This document shows positions 35,759 through 45,698 of a stretch of DNA of 62,175 bases, one piece after another (position 1 is the stretch's first letter; each line of letters opens with the position of its first letter). The notes under the pieces are model-generated. The model was not told the origin of the DNA, did no database searches, and saw only the letters and a list, made by a program, of their open reading frames with translations. Position numbers and translations under genes: made by a program. The stretch covers positions 1 to 62,175 of the forward strand of contig NSIB01000001.1 of NCBI GenBank assembly GCA_002737625.1. Reading direction: 5' to 3'. This DNA is from Flavobacteriales bacterium (lineage in GTDB: Bacteria > Bacteroidota > Bacteroidia > NS11-12g > UBA955).

Positions 35759-38061
35759 AAACTATAGTTACAGCCCAATGCGGGAAGGATTGGCAACTGG
35801 TCTACGCGCTTCCCTTTGATACGGTCGTAATAGAATATGTTGTTTCTATTGTAAACATTGGTCACACTGAATAACAAGTTAAACTCACTGCCCTCGCGGA
35901 ATACCCACTTTCTCTTTACCGAGAAATCCAAACGGTGATAATAAGGCAATCGTCCGCGATTGATTTGAGCATAAACAATCCCCAGCTGACCATTGGAAGC
36001 GGTATAATCAGTGCCTATCCCTTGCTGGAAATTGTACTTTTCATAATAACCCTGGGTCTGCGTAAATGGAAATCCGGAACCAAAGTTCCATCGTAAAGAA
36101 ACCTCAGAGGGGTGCTTTTTATCAAATTCGTAGTTCAAGAGAATATTGGCGTTATGCCTGCGATCAAAATTGGGTTGATATCGCGAAATACCGTCAAATC
36201 GATTTACGTAGGTCAAAGAGTAAACCGCCCACAAATACCAATGTTTATCTGAGTATTTATACGAAACATCACCGCCATAGGCATTTCCATTTTCAATGAT
36301 AAAATCCTGTCTCAATCGTTGGGGCTTATCCAAATTAAACTCATCATCAGAAAACAACTTATCCCTGTTGATGTTGGTGATTTGATCAAATATTTTCACA
36401 AAGGATTCAATGTTGACCGTCTGCTTTTTATTGATGCGATAGTCAAATCCAGCAACTGCATGCCTAGCCTTTTGCAAACGGGTGTTTACAGGCTTGCCAT
36501 TGAAAGAATCGGGCAAGTTATCCGGGCCCGACAAAAAACCATAGAACAAATTCACTACATCGCGATCGCTCATGGCCGACATCAAATTCTGTGAGTACAT
36601 TCCTACGGCAAATTTGATCCCTATAGATTTCCAAGGCATGTATCGCAACTGGAATCTGGGCTCAAGACTCCCATTACCCAAGGATGCATAATATTGATTC
36701 CTCAATCCAATGTTACAAATCAATCTCTTCCGCACTACGCGATAGTTACCAAAAGTGTTTATCTCAGTAGTACTCTCTAACTGATTGATTTTTCTATCGT
36801 TGGAATTATACAACTGGAAATTGGTTTGGAATCCATTTAACTCGATACCCCACTTAAAATCATCGCGTTTAAAGTTGTAAGAGAAATTCATTCCTAAGTT
36901 AAAACCCCCTATTGAACTGCTTCTTGGTTTGGCATCTTGCTCTTTCTGTTCGATGCTATACTGACTCCACAAAAAGTATCCATCAACCCTGGTTTTGGCC
37001 TGCTCTGGAACCACCAAAAACTTACCGCCCAACCCTGTTGAGGTCCAACCGTAACGGGTAGAACCAGGAAAAGCCACATTGTCTGAGAATCTAAACCCAT
37101 ACAATTTGGTATACCCCCCATTGGCCGAGTTGAAGCTCATTTTTACAAATAGATCCCCAAAATTGTAAGGCAACTTGTCTGGATTTGCATAATTATATAG
37201 CAAACGCGACGATTCACGCAAGAATGAATTCTTGTATGATATCGCAATGGAACTGTTATTTTTCCCTTGTTGATACTTGCGTAACGGCGACTCCAAGAGC
37301 AATTTCGATGTAAACGTAGTCAAACCCACCTTCCCGGCCATTCGCTTTCGGTTTCCATCGCGGGTTTTAATATCAACCACAGCGGAGACTCTTCCTCCAT
37401 ATTCTGAACCAAACCCGGCACTATACACATCGGCAGTTTGAATCAAATCGGTCTCAAACACGGAGAAAAGCCCAATCGAGTGGAATGGATTATAAATGGT
37501 AAGGCCATCCATCATCACCTTGTTCATGATTGGCGATCCTCCTCGAATATAGAGTTGTCCGCCTTGGTCGCCACTGAAAACCACACCCGGTAAAATCTGT
37601 AAGTATTGCAAGATATCTGGCTCCGCACCTACCGCCGGCATTTTATAAATCGCACGCGCTTCGATGTTTGTTACTCCTACTTGGGCATCCCTAGCCTTAC
37701 CTTTCACAGAAATTTCTACGGCCTCCATCGTGGAAATGTGTTGCAAGTAAAAATCTTTCTTCGTGTTTAAACCTATTAACACCTTTACCTTTTCATAGAG
37801 TGTATCAAATCCCGGATGGGAAACCCTCACCCAATAATCGCCAGGCGTTAAACCCGTTAACGCATAATAGCCGTCATTGTCTGAAAGTATTGAACGAACC
37901 ACAGTTCCATCCGATTTGTCCTTTACAGCTGTAACAACTGCCGCTACAGAACGATCGCCGTTGTCGCCGTCGTATACAAACCCCCGAATATCACTTTTGG
38001 TTGATTGCGCCTGACCAACAATTGGTGCCAAGGCCAAAACACAAATTAAAATACGCCACAT
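35755..38061 (-). CDS. TonB-dependent receptor with an N-terminal carboxypeptidase-regulatory-like domain
   Basis: Signal peptide MWRILICVLALAPIVGQAQS (start trimmed to ATG 38061). CarbopepD_reg-like block GFVYDGDNGDRSVAAVVTAV...GYYALTGLTPGDYWVRVSHPGF, a plug region, and a barrel ending in ...GCNYSF. Confidence 0.8.
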   Translation of the reverse strand: MWRILICVLALAPIVGQAQSTKSDIRGFVYDGDNGDRSVAAVVTAVKDKSDGTVVRSILSDNDGYYALTGLTPGDYWVRVSHPGFDTLYEKVKVLIGLNTKKDFYLQHISTMEAVEISVKGKARDAQVGVTNIEARAIYKMPAVGAEPDILQYLQILPGVVFSGDQGGQLYIRGGSPIMNKVMMDGLTIYNPFHSIGLFSVFETDLIQTADVYSAGFGSEYGGRVSAVVDIKTRDGNRKRMAGKVGLTTFTSKLLLESPLRKYQQGKNNSSIAISYKNSFLRESSRLLYNYANPDKLPYNFGDLFVKMSFNSANGGYTKLYGFRFSDNVAFPGSTRYGWTSTGLGGKFLVVPEQAKTRVDGYFLWSQYSIEQKEQDAKPRSSSIGGFNLGMNFSYNFKRDDFKWGIELNGFQTNFQLYNSNDRKINQLESTTEINTFGNYRVVRKRLICNIGLRNQYYASLGNGSLEPRFQLRYMPWKSIGIKFAVGMYSQNLMSAMSDRDVVNLFYGFLSGPDNLPDSFNGKPVNTRLQKARHAVAGFDYRINKKQTVNIESFVKIFDQITNINRDKLFSDDEFNLDKPQRLRQDFIIENGNAYGGDVSYKYSDKHWYLWAVYSLTYVNRFDGISRYQPNFDRRHNANILLNYEFDKKHPSEVSLRWNFGSGFPFTQTQGYYEKYNFQQGIGTDYTASNGQLGIVYAQINRGRLPYYHRLDFSVKRKWVFREGSEFNLLFSVTNVYNRNNIFYYDRIKGKRVDQLPILPALGCNYSF

Positions 38062-38130
38062 GAATTCTTCAAAAATACATCGAAAAATATTAAGTCGCAT
38101 TTTTTTCATCGATAAGCAAACATTGAGAAC

Positions 38131-38138
38131 TATTTTTG
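38131..38138 (+). promoter_or_regulatory. -7 promoter box candidate (TATTTTTG)
   Basis: Matches TAnnTTTG, 8 nt before ATG 38147. Supports the internal start of ORF 38060..38818. Confidence 0.35.
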
Positions 38139-38146
38139 CATTCTAC

Positions 38147-38818
38147 ATGGTTTACCGTTTTAAAGTTTGGTTCGACGACATGGACGATATCGTTCGATGG
38201 ATTGAAATTAAGCCTTCGCATACATTCATGGATTTCAATAACATCATACAAGAAGCAATTGGCTTTGACAACAAGGAAGCAGCCAGTTTTTTTGTAAGCG
38301 ATGATCGATGGCGTAAAATTTCTGAAATCAAAAAGGAAAAGCCCGCACGCAGCGAGGGCGACCTAACGGGCAATCTTGATGCTCCATTGATGGCCAATAT
38401 CAAAATTCGCACTTGTGTAAACGACCCACACCAACACTTTATTTATATTTTTGATTACAATGTCCAATGGACTTTGACGTGCGAGTTAATTAGCATCGAA
38501 GCCAGTACCGACAAACAAATATATCCATGGATTTATCGTACCGAAGGGAAACCCCCTAGACAATACAACGATAGCAAGTTTAAGATGTTGGATAACAACG
38601 AATTCGATGCGCTTGCTGAAAAGATTTTAGCAGCAAAAGGAATCAAAAGTTTACTGGTTGAGCACGAAGAGGAGTTAATTGCAGCATTGGACGATGAGGA
38701 TTTGAATGATGATTTAGACGATGAGGAAGGAGACGATGTGGAAGGAGACGATGCGGATCATGATGAATTTGGCTTCAATGATCTCAGCAATGGCATCGAT
38801 GCAGATGATTTAAAATAA
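38147..38818 (+). CDS. hypothetical protein, possibly MM3350-like (pRiA4b ORF-3-like) fold, with a poly-acidic C-terminal tail
   Basis: Start trimmed to MVYRFKVWFDDMDDIVRWIEIKPSHTFMDFNNIIQEAIGF. This stretch loosely resembles the MM3350-like pattern (a Y-x-x-K-V beta strand, then an HxxIQxAxGW-type helix). The last ~45 residues are DDEDLNDDLDDEEGDDVEGDDADHDEF. The family call is tentative. Confidence 0.35.
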   Translation: MVYRFKVWFDDMDDIVRWIEIKPSHTFMDFNNIIQEAIGFDNKEAASFFVSDDRWRKISEIKKEKPARSEGDLTGNLDAPLMANIKIRTCVNDPHQHFIYIFDYNVQWTLTCELISIEASTDKQIYPWIYRTEGKPPRQYNDSKFKMLDNNEFDALAEKILAAKGIKSLLVEHEEELIAALDDEDLNDDLDDEEGDDVEGDDADHDEFGFNDLSNGIDADDLK

Positions 38819-38824
38819 TTCAAA

Positions 38825-39730
38825 TTGAGAGACAAACCCACCCTTATTGTTGTGGGAGGCCCCACCTCTTCTGGAAAAACCGCAGTTGCGATTGAATTGG
38901 CGTTGAAACTCAACACTGAGATTATTAACGTAGACAGTAGGCAAGTTTATAAGGAACTAACTATTGGCGTTGCCAAACCTAGCGCGGAAGAATTGTTGCA
39001 AGTAACTCACCACGGTGTCTCAACAATTGGAATTCACGAGCATTACAACGCCGGAATGCATGCCATACAATTCGAAACAACCGTTCAAAATCTCCTATCA
39101 GAAAAAGGTTCGGCCATACTTTGCGGCGGCACAGGTTTATACATTGAAGCAATAATCAATGGGTTGGATGATATGCCAGAGATCGATCCCGATTTGCGCT
39201 CTGAAATATTGGATGAATTTGTGGCGCATGGTTTAGACAGACTGGTTCAAATATTACTCCAACTAGATCCAAATGCATCCATTTTGGTGGCGCTAGATAA
39301 TCCACAAAGAGTGATGCGAGCTATAGAATTATGCATACAGACACAAAAATCCATATCAGAAATATATTCACAAAAGCCAACACCTAGATTTTCTGAAGCC
39401 ACCATTATTTACTTGGGCATCCAGTATGAACGGGAGAAATTGTATCAACGAATCAATCAGCGCGTAGACAGGATGATTGCAGATGGATTGATAGCAGAAG
39501 TAGAATCTTTACTGCCACACCAATCACTCAAATCCTTACAAACTGTGGGATATAGTGAATTATTTAGGCATTTCGCGGGAGAAATTGGCAAAACGGAGGC
39601 AATCGATTCAATCAAACAGCACACGCGGAATTATGCGAAACGACAAATTACCTATTTCACCAATCGATTTCCAACAAGATGGATTGCCTCTGCCGAATGG
39701 CCCAAATATCTTCGTAATTTTGAAATCTAA
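38825..39730 (+). CDS. miaA: tRNA dimethylallyltransferase
   Basis: TTG start. P-loop VVGGPTSSGKT, DSRQVYKELTIGVAKPS, GGTGLY, YAKRQITYF. Confidence 0.95.
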   Translation: MRDKPTLIVVGGPTSSGKTAVAIELALKLNTEIINVDSRQVYKELTIGVAKPSAEELLQVTHHGVSTIGIHEHYNAGMHAIQFETTVQNLLSEKGSAILCGGTGLYIEAIINGLDDMPEIDPDLRSEILDEFVAHGLDRLVQILLQLDPNASILVALDNPQRVMRAIELCIQTQKSISEIYSQKPTPRFSEATIIYLGIQYEREKLYQRINQRVDRMIADGLIAEVESLLPHQSLKSLQTVGYSELFRHFAGEIGKTEAIDSIKQHTRNYAKRQITYFTNRFPTRWIASAEWPKYLRNFEI

Positions 39731-39744
39731 TTTTAACAACCTTT

Positions 39745-40443
39745 ATGTTTAGTCAAGAAATCCTCATCAGCTTGGTAGCCCTTACCCTATTGGAAATCGT
39801 TTTGGGTATCGACAATATTATTTTCATTAGTATTTTGGCGAACAAAGCGCCTAGAGGCAAAGAAAAGAAGGCTCGGCAATACGGGCTTATTTTGGGTATG
39901 GTTGTGCGGGTTGTTATGTTGCTAGGCATCACTTGGATTCAAAAACAAGAGCATCCATTGTTTACAATCATGGATCATCCCCTTTCAGGGAAAGACATCC
40001 TTTTAATCTTGGGTGGGTTATTCCTATTGTACCAAAGTGTCCATGAAATTCATATGAAAATGAAAGGTCTAGAAGAAGAAATCAAAGAAAGAGCAGACGC
40101 CAAAGGTTGGACCGCGATATTGTTCCAAATGGTCTTGATCAATGTGGTATTCAGTTTGGATTCTGTAATTACGGCAGTGGGCATGGCCAACGAGGTTTGG
40201 GTAATGATTGTGGCCGTGATTATCTCAATGATGGTCATGTTATGGGCAAGCGAACCCATCGCAAATTTCGTAAATCACAATCCAAGTATTAAAATCCTGG
40301 CATTGTCATTTCTTGTACTGATCGGAGTAAGTTTATTGGGTGAAGGATTGGGCCAACACATTAATAAAGGATATATCTATTTCGCGATGGCTTTTTCATT
40401 TACCATAGAACTCATCAATTTGAGATTGGATAAACAGAAATAA
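39745..40443 (+). CDS. TerC family integral membrane protein
   Basis: 232 aa, multi-pass. LLEIVLGIDNIIFISILA and VFSLDSVITAVGM repeats are typical of TerC/YkoY/Alx. Confidence 0.85.
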   Translation: MFSQEILISLVALTLLEIVLGIDNIIFISILANKAPRGKEKKARQYGLILGMVVRVVMLLGITWIQKQEHPLFTIMDHPLSGKDILLILGGLFLLYQSVHEIHMKMKGLEEEIKERADAKGWTAILFQMVLINVVFSLDSVITAVGMANEVWVMIVAVIISMMVMLWASEPIANFVNHNPSIKILALSFLVLIGVSLLGEGLGQHINKGYIYFAMAFSFTIELINLRLDKQK

Positions 40444-40450
40444 CTTATCC

Positions 40451-41077
40451 CTAGCGGAATTCATAAATTGGATCGATGGGCGCCCCCGGCTCAACATCAA
40501 TCACCGTTTTCAATAATCCGGTTTCCATCTCATAAATCCAACCATGAACATGGGGCCTCTTATGTTGCTTCCAAGCTTTTTGAACGATGCTCGTTTTTAC
40601 AACATTACCCACCTGTTCTATCAAGTTCATCTCAACCAATTTATTCACTTTATTATCGAAATCTTTTTCTGCCTCTACCTCATCTTTATGAAGGCGATAA
40701 ACATCTTTCAAATTCCGTAACCACTTGTTTAGCAGACCGTAATCCGTGTTGGTAAGCGACGCTTTTACTCCACCACAACCGGTATGACCGCAAACGATAA
40801 TGTGTTTGACCTCCAAAAATTCCACTGCGTATTGCAAAACGCTCAACAGATTCAAATCCGTATGTACTACCATGTTGGCAACGTTTCGATGCACGAACAA
40901 TTCCCCGGGCTCTGCCCCAATAATCTCATTCGCGGGAACTCTTGAATCCGAACAACCAATCCATAAATACTCCGGCCTTTGATCTTTTGCAAGGTTTTCA
41001 AAATAACTAGCATCTTCCGACAACTTTTCAGCCGCCCATGCCCTATTGCTTAAAAAAAGTTTTATTTGATCTTCCAT
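40451..41077 (-). CDS. beta-class carbonic anhydrase
   Basis: 208 aa. CSDSRVPANEI and GHTGCGGV zinc-ligand motifs. Confidence 0.92.
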   Translation of the reverse strand: MEDQIKLFLSNRAWAAEKLSEDASYFENLAKDQRPEYLWIGCSDSRVPANEIIGAEPGELFVHRNVANMVVHTDLNLLSVLQYAVEFLEVKHIIVCGHTGCGGVKASLTNTDYGLLNKWLRNLKDVYRLHKDEVEAEKDFDNKVNKLVEMNLIEQVGNVVKTSIVQKAWKQHKRPHVHGWIYEMETGLLKTVIDVEPGAPIDPIYEFR

Positions 41078-41096
41078 AGAAATAATATTTTATGCG

Positions 41097-42716
41097 TTAG
41101 GCCTTTGTGGTATTAAATAACTTTGATCCCTTTGAACCAAGTAACTTCTGCTTATGTTCGGGATTTGTGAAGGAATATCCGATATGAATTTGATTCGATT
41201 CTGCTCTAATTTGATAATCTTCAATCACATCCAAAATATCTTGGTCTAAAAAATTACAATGGGTAAAATCCAATATTACGTCAGAGTTATTTGGTATTTC
41301 TTGCAATACAGATTTCAACAAAGATTTATTCAAGAAATTCGATTGCTGCTGAAACCTCACCAAATAATTGGAATCAATTTGTACCAATGTTACAGAGCGA
41401 TGAAAATTCGATTTAATGATGTAGTAAAACGCAACCACCATCCCCAGAATAATTCCAATGAGTAGGTCGGTAAATAGAATAGCAACCACAGTTACGATGA
41501 AGGGAACAAACGATATACGTCCTTTTTTCCATTCATCTAAAAACAAGGAAGGTTTCGCCAATTTATAACCCATGTAAATTAAAATCGCGGCCAATGCGGC
41601 ATTGGGAATTAAGGAAATTACACTCGGAATAAACAATACAGCCAACGCCAACCAGATACCATGAAAAACGGCACTCCATTGCGTAGCATTGCCCGCATTG
41701 ATATTGGCAGAACTGCGCACTACAACCGCGGTGAGGGGCATTCCACCCAAAATCCCACTAACTACATTCCCCAAACCTTGGGCTAACAATTCTCTATTGG
41801 GGGGCGAAACACGTTTTAGAGGATCTATTTTATCAGAAGCTTCAATACTTAGTAATGATTCAATAGAAGCAACTAAAGCAATTTTAATGGCCAAAATCCA
41901 TATCAAAACATTACCGAGCAGTACAAAACTTGAAATGCCAATACCAAAATCAAACTTTGTTGATGCAAGATTTTTGGGTAGCTGAACAAGATGTGACGAA
42001 TCAATTGTTTGTTCGGGTAAATATATTAGGCTCAATTGATTCAGACCAACACCAATTAATACTACGAGTAATGATGATGGGAAAATGCGAGTCCAAGGCA
42101 GCTTTTTCATCTTCGGATGATCCCATAAGAACTGAATAGCTAACCCACAAAAACCAATAAATAGAGCCAGTGGCGTTAGGTACTCAAAGGCTATACTAAT
42201 TTCTGAGAAGGTTGTCTGCCCATCTAACTGAAAAAATTCTTCATCACCAAAATCATCTACATCCCAGCCAACCAAGTGCGGAACCTGCTTTAATATCAAC
42301 AACAATCCAATGGCAGCAAGCATGCCTTTGATTACCGAAACTGGAATATAATCAGCGAGTTTACCCAATTTAATAGCTCCGAGAACCAGTTGGAATAAAC
42401 CTACCAACGCAACAACCAAAGCAAAAATCTCCAACAAGGGAACGGACCCGTGATTGGCTAAAGAATTTTGAGATATATCGTGTAATGCCGACTCAATGAT
42501 TACAATCAAGCCCGCCGCCGGGCCACTCACCGAAACTTTTGAACCACTAGCTAAACCAATAACCACACCTCCAACCACACCAGCAATCAATCCATTAATA
42601 ATTGGCAGTCCACAAGCATGAGCAATACCAATACACAAGGGCAATGCCACCAAAAAAACGGCGATGGAAGCCGGAATATCTTTTTGCAAATTTTTCACTT
42701 CTGCAAATATAATCAA
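41097..42716 (-). CDS. SulP family inorganic anion (bicarbonate/sulfate) transporter with a C-terminal STAS domain
   Basis: 539 aa, about 11 TM segments, with a C-terminal soluble STAS-like domain (VILDFTHCNFLDQDILDVIEDY). Lies 19 nt upstream of the carbonic anhydrase gene. Confidence 0.85.
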   Translation of the reverse strand: MIIFAEVKNLQKDIPASIAVFLVALPLCIGIAHACGLPIINGLIAGVVGGVVIGLASGSKVSVSGPAAGLIVIIESALHDISQNSLANHGSVPLLEIFALVVALVGLFQLVLGAIKLGKLADYIPVSVIKGMLAAIGLLLILKQVPHLVGWDVDDFGDEEFFQLDGQTTFSEISIAFEYLTPLALFIGFCGLAIQFLWDHPKMKKLPWTRIFPSSLLVVLIGVGLNQLSLIYLPEQTIDSSHLVQLPKNLASTKFDFGIGISSFVLLGNVLIWILAIKIALVASIESLLSIEASDKIDPLKRVSPPNRELLAQGLGNVVSGILGGMPLTAVVVRSSANINAGNATQWSAVFHGIWLALAVLFIPSVISLIPNAALAAILIYMGYKLAKPSLFLDEWKKGRISFVPFIVTVVAILFTDLLIGIILGMVVAFYYIIKSNFHRSVTLVQIDSNYLVRFQQQSNFLNKSLLKSVLQEIPNNSDVILDFTHCNFLDQDILDVIEDYQIRAESNQIHIGYSFTNPEHKQKLLGSKGSKLFNTTKA

Positions 42717-42767
42717 GGTAGGTATGGCAATTGCTATCTGCCGAGCTTCAATTCAAAACAAATCCCC

Positions 42768-42788
42768 AGTATGGGAAATTCCCATACT
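42768..42788 (-). terminator. weak terminator-like hairpin after bshC
   Basis: AGTATGGG-aaatt-CCCATACT, 2 nt past the bshC stop, followed on the minus strand by GGGGATTTGTTTT. The T-run is poor. Confidence 0.3.
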
Positions 42789-42789
42789 A

Positions 42790-44385
42790 TCACAAATTTA
42801 TTATCCAAAATGCACTCTCGGAATCATAGGATTGACCTTCGCAAATATCAGTAAGCCAACCCGCTTGATTGCCCAATAGATACTGTAAAAAGAAAATTCT
42901 CCTCTCCTGGGGTTTAGTCACAGAAAACGTATCATTTTGCATTCCAATTACAGAATTCCACGCATCATTAGAAAGTTTTGAGGCCAAGTATCTCGAAATT
43001 GCTTCATCTGTTGTTTTACGATGCACTTTCAAAAATGCTTCCGATTGCTTTTTTGCATCCACTAGCAAATCGCTTTCCCATTGATATAAGACTTCTAAAT
43101 ATTCCTTAATCCCATTTTCAATGTTGCCATGCACAAAATCCAATACACTATTGCCTGCCAATTTTTTAACTACCCTCAACTTTAGATCCGATACATCCAA
43201 AAACAACTCCTGCGGTGTTAATCCCAATAAATTGAGTTTTTTGTTTTGCGATGCAGAAACCACAACCCCACCCATCCGGTGAATCAACGCCGGTACTGTC
43301 ACCTTTAAATGAGCAAATGTCTTTGATATTTGCAACCAATAAATATACTCTGTTGGACCCGCTATATAAGCCACTGAAGGCAATATTGCCTGCTGATATA
43401 ATGGCCTCAACAAAACATTGGGTGAAATCCGCTCAGGCTCATTTTCCAATATCTCCCTCATCGCACTTTGATCTAACTTCACCCTAGAATCCACCAACAC
43501 AAATCCATCGCCTTCCTTTACAATTCGCTCTCTCCGGTTCGCATCAATCCAAAACAAATTGCATTCTCTAACATGAGCCGGTGCTGTAATCTTTTGACTT
43601 TTCAGTTCCGCAGATTGATCAGAAAAAGCGGTAAACACCGATGAATCAAATAAATCCGCTTCAAATATTTTTATCGCTCTCCGTTTTAATGCTGCAACAT
43701 TTGGATCCAATACCAACAACCCAAAATCAGCAAATAATTCAGAAACCCACTTGGCAGTCGCCGTTGAAAGTGTCTGATTTTCAGTTTGATACAATTGCGC
43801 CAAATTCTCGATTCTCTCCAGCGCTTCAGGATCTCTTTGAAACTTCTGCTTCATCCAATCCCATAAGCCGCCTAAATCTTGCGTAGGAATGCCCCCAACC
43901 CCAGTTTTCCAATCAATATCACAAGTGAATTGATCGCCAAATAAATCCACATGATTGATCTCAGCAACATCGTGATCCTCTGTTGCCATCCAAAACAATG
44001 GAACAAAGTGCTTATCTGAAAAACGATGATTGAGATCATTGCACAACACAATGGCCGAAGCAATTTTATAAATCACATACATCGGGCCCAATCCAAGATG
44101 GATTTGCTGACCCGTTACAACCAAAAAAGTGTTTTCTTGCTTTAGTCGATCTAGATTTTCTCTTTGCAATGCAGATCCGCCATCGCCTAACTGAGATTTC
44201 AGTATTCCCACCAATTCCTCGCGTTGTTCCGTCCCAAACTGATTGGCTACGTTACCAATAATTGATTCCCAATCACTGTGAATCCCCTCGTGAGGATACA
44301 AACCCAAAGATTCTATGCCCCAAGCACTTTTTCTCAGTGTTTCAGAGATATAATCTTTGGGATATGATTGGGTTACAACATTCAC
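42790..44385 (-). CDS. bshC: bacillithiol biosynthesis cysteine-adding enzyme BshC
   Basis: 531 aa, with the hallmark VVTGQQIHLGLGPMYVIYKIASAI (VTGQQ-GL-GP-Y-K). The size and position downstream of rimO are typical. Confidence 0.85.
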   Translation of the reverse strand: MNVVTQSYPKDYISETLRKSAWGIESLGLYPHEGIHSDWESIIGNVANQFGTEQREELVGILKSQLGDGGSALQRENLDRLKQENTFLVVTGQQIHLGLGPMYVIYKIASAIVLCNDLNHRFSDKHFVPLFWMATEDHDVAEINHVDLFGDQFTCDIDWKTGVGGIPTQDLGGLWDWMKQKFQRDPEALERIENLAQLYQTENQTLSTATAKWVSELFADFGLLVLDPNVAALKRRAIKIFEADLFDSSVFTAFSDQSAELKSQKITAPAHVRECNLFWIDANRRERIVKEGDGFVLVDSRVKLDQSAMREILENEPERISPNVLLRPLYQQAILPSVAYIAGPTEYIYWLQISKTFAHLKVTVPALIHRMGGVVVSASQNKKLNLLGLTPQELFLDVSDLKLRVVKKLAGNSVLDFVHGNIENGIKEYLEVLYQWESDLLVDAKKQSEAFLKVHRKTTDEAISRYLASKLSNDAWNSVIGMQNDTFSVTKPQERRIFFLQYLLGNQAGWLTDICEGQSYDSESAFWIINL

Positions 44386-45698
44386 GATTTCACAAGTTCA
44401 CCAAACAAATCGTAGGTAGAAGCATCGGTAATTTTTACATTGGCGAAATCCCCCATACGGACATAATTGTCTTTGGCAGGTACTCTTACTTCGTTGTCCA
44501 CTTCTGGGCTGTCGTATTCGGTACGACCTACGAATTCATCGCCTTCCAAGCGATCAAACAACACTTTTATGGTCTGACCCTTTAGGGATTGATTAAACGC
44601 CTCAGAAATGCTCATCTGAGATTCCATCACCGCATCGGAGCGACGTTGTTTTTCTTCTTGAGAGATATCATCGGATAAGCTATAAGCATGGGTATTTTCC
44701 TCATGTGAATAGGTAAACACACCCAACCGCTCAAATTTTATTTCCTCAATGGCGTCAATTAAGTCTTTCACATCGGCTTCGGTCTCCCCTGGATGCCCAA
44801 CCAACAGCGTTGTCCTTAAAGCAATCCCTGGAACCCGATCACGAATCGCATTCAATACTTCGTAGGTCCTTCTCTTGGTAATTCCACGTCGCATCGATTT
44901 AAGCATATTGTCCGATATATGCTGAATGGGAATATCCAAATAGTTACAAATATTACTGCGCTCGGCCATTACCTCCAACACATCCAATGGAAACTGCGAT
45001 GGATAGGCATAGTGCAAACGCAACCACTCCAACCCTTCCACATCAGAAAGATGCTTCATTAGGTCGGCCAACTTGCGATCGCCATAAATATCCAAACCAT
45101 AGCTGGTAGAATCTTGGGCAATCAGCATCACTTCTTTCACACCATTCTTTACCAACCCTTGTATTTCCTTTTTGATGATCTCTATGGGCCTAGAAACATG
45201 CTTTCCACGCATCAAAGGGATAGCACAGAACGAACAAGGTCGATCACAGCCTTCTGAAATCTTAGTATAGGCGTAATGTTTAGGGGTGGTTTGCAATCGT
45301 TCCCCAACCAACTCATGCTTGTAGTCTGCACCCACAGTTCTCAACAAATGAGGCATATCCAACGTGCCAAACCAAGCATCCACCTCAGGAATTTCAGACT
45401 GCAGTTCATCTTTGTAACGATGAGACAAACAACCTGTTACATATAGCTTTTCGATATTGCCTTGTGCTTTTGCATCGGCATAGGCGAGGATGGTATCAAT
45501 GCTTTCTTGTTTTGCATTTTCGATAAATCCACACGTGTTAATAATCACGATATCCGCATCGTCTTTTGTGCTTTCGTGGGCCACATCAAACTGAGATGCT
45601 TTCAGCTGACCCATGAGGACTTCACTATCCACTAGGTTTTTACTACATCCCAGCGTTATGACATTAATTTTGGTTTCTTTATTCGATTTGGTTTTCAC
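44382..45698 (-). CDS. rimO: ribosomal protein S12 methylthiotransferase RimO
   Basis: 438 aa. N-terminal KINVITLGCSKNLVDSE, radical-SAM CDRPCSFC, C-terminal TRAM domain. 4-nt overlaps with both ftsY and bshC. Confidence 0.93.
   Translation of the reverse strand: MKTKSNKETKINVITLGCSKNLVDSEVLMGQLKASQFDVAHESTKDDADIVIINTCGFIENAKQESIDTILAYADAKAQGNIEKLYVTGCLSHRYKDELQSEIPEVDAWFGTLDMPHLLRTVGADYKHELVGERLQTTPKHYAYTKISEGCDRPCSFCAIPLMRGKHVSRPIEIIKKEIQGLVKNGVKEVMLIAQDSTSYGLDIYGDRKLADLMKHLSDVEGLEWLRLHYAYPSQFPLDVLEVMAERSNICNYLDIPIQHISDNMLKSMRRGITKRRTYEVLNAIRDRVPGIALRTTLLVGHPGETEADVKDLIDAIEEIKFERLGVFTYSHEENTHAYSLSDDISQEEKQRRSDAVMESQMSISEAFNQSLKGQTIKVLFDRLEGDEFVGRTEYDSPEVDNEVRVPAKDNYVRMGDFANVKITDASTYDLFGELVKS

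Noticed and set aside
39731-39744. yybP-ykoY (Mn) riboswitch upstream of the TerC-family gene
   Set aside because: Only 14 nt separate miaA from the TerC gene, which leaves no room for a riboswitch.
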